A stretch of DNA of 63,233 bases, the filler included, from Octopus bimaculoides (taxonomy: Eukaryota): NCBI RefSeq assembly GCF_001194135.2. It is 4 parts of 4 records of this genome, joined end to end, with 100 filler letters (N's around TTAATTAATTAA, not from the genome) between each part and the next. Parts side by side here need not be neighbours in the genome. Positions count along the whole stretch, not along the records: positions 1 to 26,315 come from NC_068982.1; 3 more parts are not named here. The stretch is one strand, 5' to 3'. The position numbers and the translations under genes were made by a program. The notes beneath the pieces were generated by a model that made no database searches, was not told the origin of the DNA, and worked only from the letters and a program-made list of their open reading frames with translations. Position 1 is the stretch's first letter. Each line of letters starts with the position of its first letter. Shown here one piece after another: positions 1-11,508 of the stretch.

Positions 1-46
<46 letters not shown>

Positions 47-1079
47 TATGTATACATATATGTGTGCTCGTGTGTGTATACATACATGCGTTATTACATA
101 CAAACTCATACACGTATATCAGCAAGGTTTGAGGTTATACAAGACAGCTGCCCTCGACTTGCTGAGATCTGTAATACACCCAAGAATTGCTTTTGCAGAT
201 TATTTGTTTGGTAAATTTACAGTATCAGTTCGTTCATCTATCACGAATGATGGCTATCAAAATGGATTACAAATGGTTCATTATTATTTTAACTTAAGCT
301 TGAGATTTACACACTTACCGGACCGGCGTGTTTGAGACAGAAACGTTAAGTTTTGGATGATGATGGTTTAGGCGAATTATGATTTGTGGAATTTGGTCTT
401 TCTTTCTCACCCTTAAAATACAAAAGCATAAATGCCGCAGTGTCAAACAAATTCACTGATATATGATATTTTTATTATAGTACGCAAGTTGAGTCTTCTC
501 TTTTATATGGAGAACTAATATATTGCATTTCATTTTTTGCTGTAAAATGTTGAAAATTCAGCGAATATTTTAGACATATATTTTATATTGCGAACTTACT
601 TTTCGGCGTGAGTTTAAACAGAAACTATAAACAATAAAATATTTGCTACTAGATTTTAATTTTCTAATTGCTTTTAATAGGGATGGTTAATATTATATTA
701 GTATTAATTTGATCCATTCAACCAATTTTATTTATGAGATAAATAATACTTTAGATCAATTATTAAATGAGTCGCTTAGAATAGCAAATCAATTGATTAT
801 CATCCAACGAAAACGAAGCAAATCTGTGCAATTATCAATGCCATGTAGTTTAATTAATCTAATTTGTTTAATATAAAGTGTATTGGATCTGGGAAATATA
901 CGGAGCATTTGATCAACCTTAAACATCTATTTGTTCCTAACAATTGAAGATAGATAGAACAAGTGCAGAATTACTAAATAGGTATTTATAGCTTTTAAGC
1001 ATTTAATTTTAAAGCTTATTTACTTTAAGAATTGTTCTAAGTGTATTAGGTTAGCCTCAAGCAACTAGCTGTTCATAAA

Positions 1080-1300
1080 ATTCTAAGATAGCAGAATTCG
1101 ATTGTAGCAAAGTGTTTAGCTGTAAACTACTAAAAATGTGAGATCCGGAAGATATACCACCCGTAATGCTAATTAAATGCAGCTCTAATTTACATCTGTA
1201 TCAGTCTCCTTATCTGAAATTCTTAATCGTAGAGTATATCCTGTTTGTAACATTTAGTTTTCTTGCAGTAAATTCCTTTTTTAGTAAGCCAGTTCCTATG
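1080..1300 (+). mobile_element. Degenerate CR1/Jockey-type LINE RT N-terminal fragment
   Basis: About 1142-1200 reads DPEDIPPVMLIKCSSNLHL, resembling the GPDGIP..VLK.C..EL motif upstream of CR1/Jockey RT. Otherwise heavily decayed. Confidence 0.35.
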
Positions 1301-1994
1301 AACTGAAAACATTTGGAATATCGCCCATATTTTCTCTCCAAACAAGAAATTCACACATCAATTTAAACATCAAATTCTAAAAGTTCAGATCAACCACTCT
1401 TTAATAAAACTCCATTCTTGAGTAAATAGAGGAGATCAGCGATCTCCACTCCTCCACCTTGTCTGATTGCAAGAATCATTCACACCATGTTTCTGTTTGT
1501 GTATAAAATCAACAAAGCGGTATTATTTTAAGTATACTGTCAGTGACATCTTTTTCTTTTAACGAAGCTAGAATTGGGAGAATAGACAATGCAGTTACAA
1601 AATACAGCAAAGTACTACTCGAGTCATTCCATGTTCGTTTCCAGTCACCGACACATCAGATATGTTGTGCAGACATAGCTGAATACTGTAAGATATTGGT
1701 GAAATTTAAATACGTTTAGTTAGTTTGAAGTTGAAGTTAAACATTTTGGTCAATAATATGGTTAAAACAATCACATTGCAGCTTTATTTGAATGTCTTCA
1801 ATAACCACAACACAGTTTTAGAGCGTAAATGAAAAGAAGAAATATAATATAATCCAAAGTTCACCAAGATTATCTAAGTTCGAAGAATTGAGCCAGTTAA
1901 TGCAACCCCTCAGAATCGAACATTCGTCCCTTTTACGTCATTGCTATACTCTATGATGCTTAACACTGAATGTGCAGATTCACTAGCTGTAATT

Positions 1995-3540
1995 TGTAAC
2001 TGCTGGAATTGGACACTAAGTAAACTAACCAAACGGGACAGGAAAAAACAAGAAAAATAATCAAGGAATTTAGAATACACCGCCTAAAGTCTGATACAGA
2101 AAGGTTTTATATAAAACGAACTGAAAGTGGTAGAGACCTTATACAACTAGAAAAAAAAATCTACTATAAAATAACCATCATAAGATTACAGAAATATCAA
2201 ACTTAGAACAAAAAAACAAACTGGTATAAATAGGCACAAAACAGAGCAGAACAAAAGAACGTTTTCTCTCTTTACAAAAGCCGAAAAATACAAAAAAAAA
2301 TAGGTCATAGTACCTGACAATTATGAATGAAAAGAGCAAACAACAAAAGCTGTATGTCTACACTAAAACTGGAACAACAAAATACAATGATAAAACGATG
2401 GCAAGAAAAGCCCTTACATGCCGAATACTGGGATAAGCTAAACGGAAAATAAATAGACAAAGGAAAATCCCACGAATGGTTTGGAAGCTCAGGACTCAAA
2501 GTAGAGACTGAAGGATTTTTAACTGAAACAAGATCAAAGCCTCTCCATCAAAAGCAACGAGAAACACTTAACGAAGAAAAATACAATAAGCAACTGTAGT
2601 GGCGATGGGGAAGAAACAATAAATCATATTGTCTCTGGCTGCCCAGTCCTGGCTTAAGAAGGAATATATATACACAAACATGACAGAGGTGGGACCTATA
2701 TACATTGAACGTTATGTCAAGCACAATGGAATGACGATAGAAAAAATAGTATGAACACATTCCAGAAAAGGTCTCAGAAAATGATAAAGCAACCATACGC
2801 GGGGATACTCTGATACATACAGATAGAAAGATCAAGGTTGATATACCGGATATAGTTATCAGAGATAATCAAGGAATAAATTCCTTCTAATTGACGTATC
2901 AATTCAAACAGATGACAATGTGTCTCTAACAGAAATGCAGAAACTTTCAAAATACAAAGATCTGGAAATAGAGATAAAAACAGAAACAGTCTGTAGGAGT
3001 GGCTGTGTGGTAAGTAGCTTGCTTACCAACCACATGGTTCCGGGTTCAGTCCCACTGCGTGACACCTTGGGCAAGTGTCTTTTACTATAGCCTCGGGCCG
3101 ACCAAAGCCTTGTCAGTGAATTTGGTAGACGGAAACTGAAAGAAGCCCGTCGTATATATGTATATATGTATGTGTGCGTGTATGTTTGTGTGTTTGTGTT
3201 TGTCCTCACAACATCACTTGACAACCGATGCTGGTGTGCTTAGATCCACGTAACTTAGCGGTTCGGCAAAAGACACCGATAGAATAAGTACAAGGCTTCC
3301 AAAGAATAAGTCCTGGGGTTGATTTGTTTGACTAAAGGCGGTGCTCCAGCATGGCCGCAGTCAAATAACTGAAACAAGCAAAAGAGTAAAAGAGTAAAGA
3401 GAGTCTCTGTTATAATAGGCGTGTTAGGTATGATTTAGAATCTTACGGACAAATACATAACCAAAACACTAGGACATACGAATACATAATACACATAGAA
3501 AATAACACTACTAAGCACCAACACATTCTACACCCGATGT
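1995..3540 (+). mobile_element. R4/Dong-clade (RLE-type) non-LTR retrotransposon, 3' part, decayed and interrupted by a SINE
   Basis: Frameshifted translation gives KSD.ERFYIKRTESGRDL, WQEKPLHAEYW, GLKVETEGF, a CCHC knuckle (GEETINHIVSGCPVLA), and a PD-(D/E)xK endonuclease region (IHTDRKIKVDIPDIVIRD...LIDVSIQTDDNV...QKLSKYKDLEIEI). After the SINE it resumes with SVIIGVLGMI...KITLL. Confidence 0.85.
2993..3401 (+). mobile_element. Full-length tRNA-derived SINE, family 1 (head + internal TA/TG microsatellite + tail ending in (AAAGAGT)n), inserted in the LINE
   Basis: A-box-like TGGCTGTGTGG and B-box-like GGTTCAGTCCC. The tail matches many other copies in the window. AGTCT at 2988-2992 and 3402-3406 is a possible TSD. 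Confidence 0.9.
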
Positions 3541-3565
3541 ACTTTCTTTCAATGCAGTGAAAATC

Positions 3566-3942
3566 GTGGCACTCCGTTGGTTACGACGATGAGCGTTCCA
3601 GTTGAGCGGAACAGCTTGCTCGTGAAATTAATGGGCAAGTGGCTGAGCACTCCACAGACACGTGTACCCTTAACGTAGTTCTCGGGGGATATTCAGCATG
3701 ACACAGAGTGTGACAAGGCTGGCCCCTTTGAAATACAGATACAACAGAAACAGGAAGAAAGAGCGAGAGAAAGTTGTTGTGAAAGAGTACAACAGGGTTC
3801 GACACCACCCACTGCCGGAGCCTCGTGGAGCTTTATGTGCTTTTGCTCAATAAACACTCACAACGCCCGGTCTGGGAATCGAAACCGCGATCCTACGACC
3901 GCAAGTCCCCTGCCCTAAACACTGGGCCATTGTGCCTCCACA
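3566..3942 (-). mobile_element. tRNA-derived SINE, family 2 (head GGAGGCACAATGGCC.., tail shared with 37258-37620)
   Basis: The minus strand has an A/B-box head (GGTTTCGATTCC). The head and middle recur at 50763-50950; the tail recurs at about 37440-37620. Confidence 0.85.
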
Positions 3943-4675
3943 CAGTGAAAATAACAATACCAAAAACAAAGCTCAGTACATATCCACGAGACACAGAGTT
4001 GCGTTCAGTAGTACAGTGAAAGCAGGTGATGAAAATAAGGCTACTGAATAATAGTACAAACTATTGATGTTGCTAGACTGTTTGAGACGAGAGCGACGAA
4101 AAGCATATACAAGTTTAAATATACGAGTTTAAACGTTACCGTCTGTACTTTCAACATAGTTTAAGTATTGAGTCAACCTTGAATCGCAGAATTGAATTAA
4201 CAGTCACATTAACAATTAATTAGCAGTTAAGCAGAATTAACGGCTAAACCAGCGTTGAAACATGAATGATTTGATATTGGAAGTTTCGCCATCGTTGATT
4301 TAAGGTTATTTCTTAGACTTAATATGTAGCTGTTGTTTACAATAAAGCAAACAATTATCTATTGTTCAGGATCATTATTTTCAATTAGATTTAGGTAGCC
4401 CTGATCATTTCCTTGCCTGAATTACTTCCATCTCCTTAGTCTTCTTTCTTTCTCTCTCTCTCCTTTTGGTGCATGCTAATAACATTTGACATTTCCGCTG
4501 AGACCTTTGCTTCCTTTTATCCCCTGATGGCTATTCTAAATTATATTGACAAAGTGAAGAAGCGGATAAAGGTTATATATATATTAAGTTAAACGGATGC
4601 ATGTGTGATAAAGCTTCTCTGTAGGAATTTTGATATTAAGTGTGTACTTTGCTTTTTCGTTAAATGAGTAGCATG

Positions 4676-4763
<88 letters not shown>

Positions 4764-4766
4764 TTA

Positions 4767-5060
4767 AACCGCATGGTTCCGGGTTCAGTCCAACTCTGTG
4801 GCACCTTGGGCAAGTGTCTTCTACTATAGCCTTAGGCCGACCAAAGCCTTGTGAGTGGATTTGGTAGACGGAAACTGAAAGAAGCCCGTCATATATATGT
4901 ATATATATATATATATATACACAGTTCGGCAAAAGACACCGATAGAATAAGTACTAGGCTTCCAAAGAATAAGTCCTGGGGTCGATTTGCTCGACTAAAG
5001 GTGGCGCTCCAGCATGGCCACAGTCAAATGACTCAAATAAGTAAAAGAGTAAAGAGTAAA
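4767..5060 (+). mobile_element. SINE family 1 copy (5'-truncated, internal deletion)
   Basis: Homologous to 2993-3401; follows (CA)n at 4679-4760. Confidence 0.9.
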
Positions 5061-5107
5061 AAGCGTATAGTTATAAATAAAACTGTCAAACGTTAAGTGA
5101 AGAATCA

Positions 5108-5221
5108 CTTACTCTTTTACTTGTTTCAGTCATTTGACTGCGGCCATGCTGGAGCATCACCTTTAGTCGAGCAAATCGAACGCAGGACTTATTCTTTGTA
5201 AGCCTAGTACTTATTCTATCG
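5108..5221 (-). mobile_element. SINE family 1 tail fragment, inverted relative to 4767-5060
   Basis: Reverse complement of 4940-5052 with few mismatches. Confidence 0.9.
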
Positions 5222-5859
5222 AGTTTTAAATAGAATGTTGAATACATATGATATTTCCCAAGGACTGGGTTGACAGTGACTTCAAAATTTCGGCTTATGA
5301 AATGATATTGATATTTAAATTTCTCTTTTGAAAGTATTGTAGTTCAATTTGGCCCTCTCCCGATTTTATAATTTTAGCAGTCTGTTCCCAGTAAAGTTTC
5401 GTATCAAAAGACTGTCAAACTCGGTAGTTAAAAGATGATCTACGAAACATATAGATTTTTATGGATCAGATAAACATCCCAAATATTCCATTTAAAACAA
5501 TATCCTGTGAATGGGGTTTCAAAATAAGTCATTTTGCTTCCAGCCTTTAACATTATACGAAATACCACCAAAGTTTTTGTTCATATCTAAGCAACATGGC
5601 TCTCTTAGTGGCAGCGTAAAGCAAAGTCCTTTCCAATTACAGGAATGCTTAGAGCTCTAAAATTGATTTACTGTGCTGAAGAAATTCATCCATATATCAC
5701 GTCATATAAACTACGTTATTTTCTGGCATTGAAATTATTTTCTTTTCATGAAATGAACATTTTAAAATGGGGGTTAGTATTTTATAGTAACTAAAATATC
5801 AAATTAAAATATATTTTAAAATCAATTCCTTGACGTTAACGGGTTAAAATACGTATTTC

Positions 5860-5924
5860 TCAGCTACATCAGGTGTCTTGGGGAAATTTCGAACGTGGGT
5901 TCTCATTCCTGAGGTATTATTCGA

Positions 5925-5985
<61 letters not shown>

Positions 5986-6319
5986 GTTATTATTATGGGA
6001 AGGCGCATTTCTCAGTGGTTAGAGATCGTTTGTGATTTCAATTCCTGGACCGGGCTGCGTGTTGTGTTCTTGAGCAAGACTCTTTATTTCACGTTGCTCC
6101 AGTTCACTCAGCTGTAGAAATGAGTTGCGACATCACTGGTGCCAAGCTGTATCGACCTTTGTCTTTCCCTTGGATAACATCGGTGGCGTGGAGAGGAGAG
6201 GCTGGTATGCATGGGCGACTGCTGGCCTTCCACAAACAACCTGGCCCGGACTTGTGCCTTGGAGGGTAACTTTCTAGGTGCAATCCTATGGTCATTCATG
6301 ACCGAAGGGGGGGGGTCTC

Positions 6320-6374
<55 letters not shown>

Positions 6375-6411
6375 ATCACTGCCTAGAATCGAGCTCGAAA
6401 TCTTGGGGTTA
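5860..6411 (-). mobile_element. tRNA-(AAT)n-hammerhead element, copy C (truncated at both ends, interrupted by a CORE-type SINE)
   Basis: The minus strand reads TAACCCCAAGATTTCGAGCTCGATTCTAGGCAGTGATCTG-(AAT)n...ACATCGAATAATACCTCAGGAATGAGAACCCACGTTCGAAATTTCCCCAAGACACCTGATG. Homologous to 6416-6641 and 25899-26066. Confidence 0.85.
5997..6320 (+). mobile_element. CORE-type tRNA SINE inserted into an (ATT)n run
   Basis: The head and central block (TTGTGTTCTTGAGCAAGACTCTTTATTTCACGTTGCTCCAGTTCACTCAGCTG) are shared with 37258-37430. (ATT)n lies on both sides. Confidence 0.8.
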
Positions 6412-6415
6412 AGAG

Positions 6416-6502
6416 CACATGGCGTTGTGGTTAAGAGCGCGGGCTACTAACCCCAAGATTCCAAGTTCGATTCCAGGTAGTGACCTGAATAAAAATAATA
6501 AA

Positions 6503-6554
<52 letters not shown>

Positions 6555-6641
6555 TTGAAAAATACCTCAAGAATGAGAACCCAAGTTCGAAATTTCCCAA
6601 GACACCTGATGAAGGTTGGAGCGTTTATCAACCGAAACGTT
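6416..6641 (+). mobile_element. tRNA-(AAT)n-hammerhead element, copy A
   Basis: tRNA-like head TGGCGTTGTGGTTAAGAGCGCGGGCTACTAACCCCAAGATTCCAAGTTCGATTCCAGG (A and B boxes; AAGATTCCA-GTTCGA resembles tRNA-Arg), then (AAT)n at about 6488-6553, a conserved linker, and a hammerhead core. Confidence 0.85.
6601..6641 (+). ncRNA. Minimal type I hammerhead ribozyme motif (3' strand of stem I absent)
   Basis: GACAC-CUGAUGA-A-GGUUG[GAGCGUUUAU]CAACC-GAA-ACGU-U. It has a perfect 5-bp stem II, core boxes CUGAUGA and GAAA, and a palindromic ACGU in place of helix III. Confidence 0.7.
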
Positions 6642-7518
6642 CTCTGCTACATTTTCTTACTCATGAATATAATTCCTTTAGTGAGTGTAGTATATGTTTT
6701 CATTATCAACTTATAAGCAATTCTGCCACACTGATTTATTACTAACGTCAAAAAGAGGCAACATGAAGCTATTGAGACATGTTCGCCATGCAAAAATATG
6801 GCGTTGCTTCAAATAAAATCATCATCTGTAGTAAACCATCAGCTTAACAATATTCCAACCAATGTTTCGCGTCATCTGCGTCAGTTTTCATCCAATAGGA
6901 ATCGGTTGAATCATGAACTTAACTTATACAGTACACTTAGCAGCTTCTTTCACAAACAGAACCACACACACACACGTATGTGTGTGTGTGTATAAATAAG
7001 CAACGTATTCTCATTTACAAATGTTATATTAAAGACATGACTACGTAAAATTTTAAACTTTTAAAGATATTTTAAGTATTTTTTATTAATCGCTGATGTT
7101 TACTTTTTCTAATCCATTGAATCTCAAGAGCAAAGAACGTTTAAATAAATGTTACGTGTAAAACAAACATTACTTAAAGACGGTTTCCTGATACAGGATT
7201 AATTCTCCACCCACAACAACAACATATGCAGCACATACTGAATTACAGTCCATCAAGGTCAAGATGGTTACACAAAACGGAAGAAAAGTGTGAATGACGA
7301 GAATTAGAACGGAGTATGGGAGGGAGCAGCAGATCTTGTTTCAATACGTTTCAATACCAGCAAGGAAGAAAACGGATATGACAATATGGTGTGAGAAATG
7401 TAAAATAATACACCTTGTCGTATCAACTGTTCCATACAAAGACAATATAGATGCGGCCCAGGTGAGGAAAGATGAGTGTTATGAGACGGTGCTGGAAGAT
7501 TGTATACGTTGTGACACC

Positions 7519-8491
7519 TACTGGGGTACTTTGTTACAATTGTCGATAACTCGGAATTATGTTAACAAACAAGTTTAAAATGAATACGTCTCCTGCTTCT
7601 TGTGTTTAGGAAGTATTATTTTAATTAATTAACTGTGTTTTGAACCATATCCTAACTGTGATACTGGTGTGAGAAATGTAAAATAATACCCAGTCTTTAC
7701 AGATCATGCACTGCGCCCATTCTTCACCTGGAACGGAGTTGGAATTACCAATCTGAGCAGACAAGGCATTTCCAATCGGTGACTCGCTTGCTTCCCTTTA
7801 CCTGCCTTAATTGACTTTCTCTTCCCCTTCATTGACTTTTCTGTACCAGTTGCCTTCTTTGGTTTGGATTTCCGTTCGTTTATTTCATCCCCTATGCGCT
7901 GATTTACGACATTCCATAATGATTTCTTTTCATCCACAACTTTTCTGACGGCTCTTTCCATAACATCAGGAGGGGTATCCCCCCCCCCCCCTTGTAGTCT
8001 TCCNNNNNNNNNNTTTTCTGACGGCTCTTTCCATAACATCAGGAGGGGTATCCCCCCCCCCCCCTTGTAGTCTTCCTTTTGTAATTTCTAGACATGGCGT
8101 CTTAAAGTGAAGTAGAAGGGGTAAGTTGCTACATGCCTGGGGTAAGTCGATACACTGTAACAATTAGTCCTAACCATGGATTTCTGGTGATTACCTCGAA
8201 CACAGCACTAGCAATGCATGGCATCCAGGACACACCCTCATGTATCGAAGGCAACTTCCAAAACTTCCTAATGATCCTCAAACTACTTCAGTAACACCAC
8301 TTGTACTTTAGTAGTTAAGGAAATTACTTTGTGGCAAAATTTCACTTTTGGAGTAAAAAATCGTTTTTTGAGCCTTGATGCTATGGAGTTGGCCTTCACG
8401 AGGTAGAGACTCGAGTACCACATATTTCTTGAAGTTGGAAACAATGGGCTTGTAACAACTTACCCGTGTAACAACTACACTCGGTCTCCCC
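7519..8491 (-). mobile_element. Internally deleted pogo/Tigger-like (Tc1-mariner superfamily) DNA transposon
   Basis: The right end reads TA|GGGGAGACCGAG...GGGTAAGTTGTTACA on the minus strand, with a degenerate counterpart GGGGTACTTTGTTACA at about 7523. ATG at 8095 gives MSRNYKRKTTRG..PPDVMERAVRKVVDEKKSL (psq/CENP-B-like HTH start), fused to a C-terminal PHD-like stretch CLVCSD..SNSVPGEEWAQCMICKDW. Confidence 0.7.
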
Positions 8492-10639
8492 TACTTTTGG
8501 CTATCTGTATACCCTCTATTTTAGTATATTAATGAAGTTTATTTTCAAAACTCCCATACATTTCTTTCTTTCATTGCAGGAGATATATAATAAAATTACT
8601 AAAGCGAGGACTCACCTTATCATAAGATCCCAGTATTGCTTTACGGCCACCTTCTAGATTCCTTAAAATCATTGCACAAAACAAGCAAATCTGTGAGTAA
8701 TGTATATTATTTCTGTGTAGTTGTCTCAATATTGTTATGATCTGGATTTTCTTTCATAGAAATCGCAAACCGATTCAACAATAACATCGGACAGCTTCAT
8801 TGTATGCTGAAGGTGGATTTGCAAAATTAAAAAAAAAACTGACAATTATTTTTTGTCGATTCCATCCAGATTCTATCACTAAAAGAATTCTCAGTTACGT
8901 TATGAGTGGAAATAGAGTAATAAGTGACTGTTCTCTAAGGGAAGATAAATCTAGTACATAATTGATTTTACTTACATTTGTAATATTGAAAATTAGTGCA
9001 AAATAAAATTACTGTATCTATAAGAGAGAAAATCAATTTCCCTTTTCAGCAGTGAAAGAAAACAACAGCATTTCATTCTAAAGTGGCAGCTTGATTTTCT
9101 ACTTGCGTCTTTTTACTTCTAGATTTACTTTCCCTACTTTTAATTTGACTTATTATCACTAGTTACAATAGTTTACCTTTCATTTCTCCAAGACCGATTA
9201 ATTAGGCACCATTTATCAACAGACGATCGATTCAATTGACTTAAACAACTTCTACAAATGGCTGGTATTACATCAAATCGCTATGGCCGAACTGGTAAAA
9301 CAAGCTTCCACATTCAGTTGTATCATTTATAATTTGAATTCAAATTATATGCAACCACATTTTTCTGCGCGTATTTTTTTTATCTGCTAGCAGTTTAATA
9401 AAATAAACTCTATTGTGCTGAAAAAATTTAATCGATAAAAAAACCCTCTGAATAATTTTGTCTGGGGATAACTTAGGTTGAAATATTCTTTTCAATGTTA
9501 TTTCCTTCACATCTTTATTGTCAAAATAATAATCATCGTCTAATATATAAAATGCTGGAAATTTGTTGTTATAATTTGTTTAGAACAGGTCGTTCCTGAT
9601 TATGCAGATCTATGATAACGGTGTTCTTACTGGGACCTATGCTGCTTTTGCTTAAGTGATGTGTGGAGTATTTCAGAGAACATTACTTAATGAGTTTTCT
9701 TTTTTGAAGGCGGTGCCATGCAATTTTGAGCAAGATTTGTCATAGAGTGACAAGTTTTCAACGCCAACTGTAATTGAGCATCTCAGGCAAAACGGTGCTA
9801 AGAACGGGCAAACGCCTGTTTGGATATTTATTGTTTATGAGATAGGGAACACCTGTAAAAGACATGCTCCATATAGATGCTAGCTGTCTAACATCTATAT
9901 AGAGCATGTTGAGAGTGTTGCCAAACAATAACTGTTAAACTCTTAACTTTTACAAGCAGAATATTTTACTTCATCAGTAACATTTAACACATCAACAGTA
10001 AGATTTCAGTTTTAGGTTGAATATAAAGTTATCGATCACCATTCTGTACTCATTAACACCTGATAAAATTCTGGATATTATTCAACAATGCAAGGCTTCA
10101 GCGATCAGAAGTGAAGGAATGCATATTAAAATGTTTTTGAAGTTTTCCTCATTCATATTTTTGGATGTGATCTGGTGCGTACTTCCTTCTGATTGCCGAG
10201 TTGATATGGTTAAATAAGCAATATAATTTTTAGCAATCTTGTTCCAAGTGGGAAGTGAGTATAAAATATTATATGACAAAACTTTAAAAAGCACTTAAAA
10301 TTTCACACTCTGTAAATTATAAAGATATTTTAAATACTGAATGGCCAGATAAAACCACTCATGTTAGTTGGCTATTTTTACAGAAAATTTTCACAAAAGT
10401 TCATATTAATATGCGAACCATTTAATCTCCATAACTTTGTAATTTTATAATGTTATATATTTATGCTTTTAGAATTTGTTTGTTAATTTAGAATCTCTTT
10501 CACGGTAAATGAACGCGTGAAATGTGCGCCGCCAGTTAACTGAACAGTTACTGTTTTTCTTTGACTAAACTTTCATCTCTAAACAATATCTTGATATGTT
10601 CTTTTGATCAGAAGTCGAACGGCGTGATTGTAACCAAAA

Positions 10640-10900
10640 GCTTGTCGTTATGCGAGACAACCTCACAGTCGTAGTTCACAACTAGTTAGATAAAATATTG
10701 TTAGAAAGATGAATAGGTCATCATGAGTCTGTAGCTATGCGGTGGTCAACCAGACCTATATCTTTCTAGCGGGATTCATGAAATCAAAGGTGTACTGCAT
10801 TTGCACCGCAAACGTATTGGAACGTATAACAGTTGCTTTTACTGAGATCATAGCTAAGATACACCCGAACACTATGCAAGAATAATATGAAAGACTGAAG
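10640..10900 (+). mobile_element. Tc1/mariner transposase C-terminal fossil
   Basis: Degenerate RWIGR..WP.RSPDL, followed by GFMKSKVY...TVAFTEIIAKIHPNTMQE at 10772-10885. Matches the SPDLTPLDFFLWGYLKSKVY motif family. Confidence 0.6.
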
Positions 10901-11128
10901 TAACTCACGAAATGTGGAGATATGTATATCAAGATCCACATTTAATGTTTAATTCAATGAAATTGAAGCTTATGACAATAAACTATGCATAATTATAATG
11001 GGCCAATTTTAAAATAACACCTGGAATATTAATGAAAATATACCTGCTTAAAAGCAGTGGTTTTATCAGAGTTATTTTGTATTTCCTTCTTCCGAGGAAG
11101 ATTGCAAAAGAAGACAGAGCAAAATGAA

Positions 11129-11447
11129 TCTTAATATAATGGGCGTTATGTCCGTCTGTTCCCTCTTCACGGTTAAATGGCTGGACCAGTGGTCACGATG
11201 TTTTTCAGGATTATGAAGGAGGTAATCAGGAATGATTTTAGCGAAAAATATGTGAAAAAATATAATTATTTAGTGGATATTGAGTTTTGTATTAATAAAT
11301 CAACTTTGATTTTTTTTTTTTTTGCTAAGATTCCGGCGACGAGGATTAACTCTGGATTTCACCCACCCTATATGTTTCGTGAATTTAGAGGGTTCAGAAT
11401 TGCGATACTATCCCTTTATTTCTCATCGCAGATGGGCAGATTTGCTA
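11129..11447 (+). mobile_element. Non-autonomous Helitron, copy 1
   Basis: Starts A|TCTTAATATAATGGGCG. Ends with the hairpin CATC-GCA-GATG, then GGCAGATTTGCTA. The 5' portion is paralogous to copy 2. Confidence 0.75.
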
Positions 11448-11476
11448 TCTTACTATAATGGGCGTTATGTCCATCT

Positions 11477-11508
<32 letters not shown>

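Noticed and set aside
6416-6485. Possible tRNA gene (anticodon-like loop CTACTAA)
   Set aside because: There is no acceptor stem pairing. It is the head of a repeated element, as are the other A/B-box motifs in the window.
7941-8076. Tandem duplication within the pogo-like element, and similar duplications at 27231-27568 and 44982-45607
   Set aside because: Each is an essentially exact repeat flanking a 10-14 N gap, which is typical of unmerged contig overlaps rather than biology.
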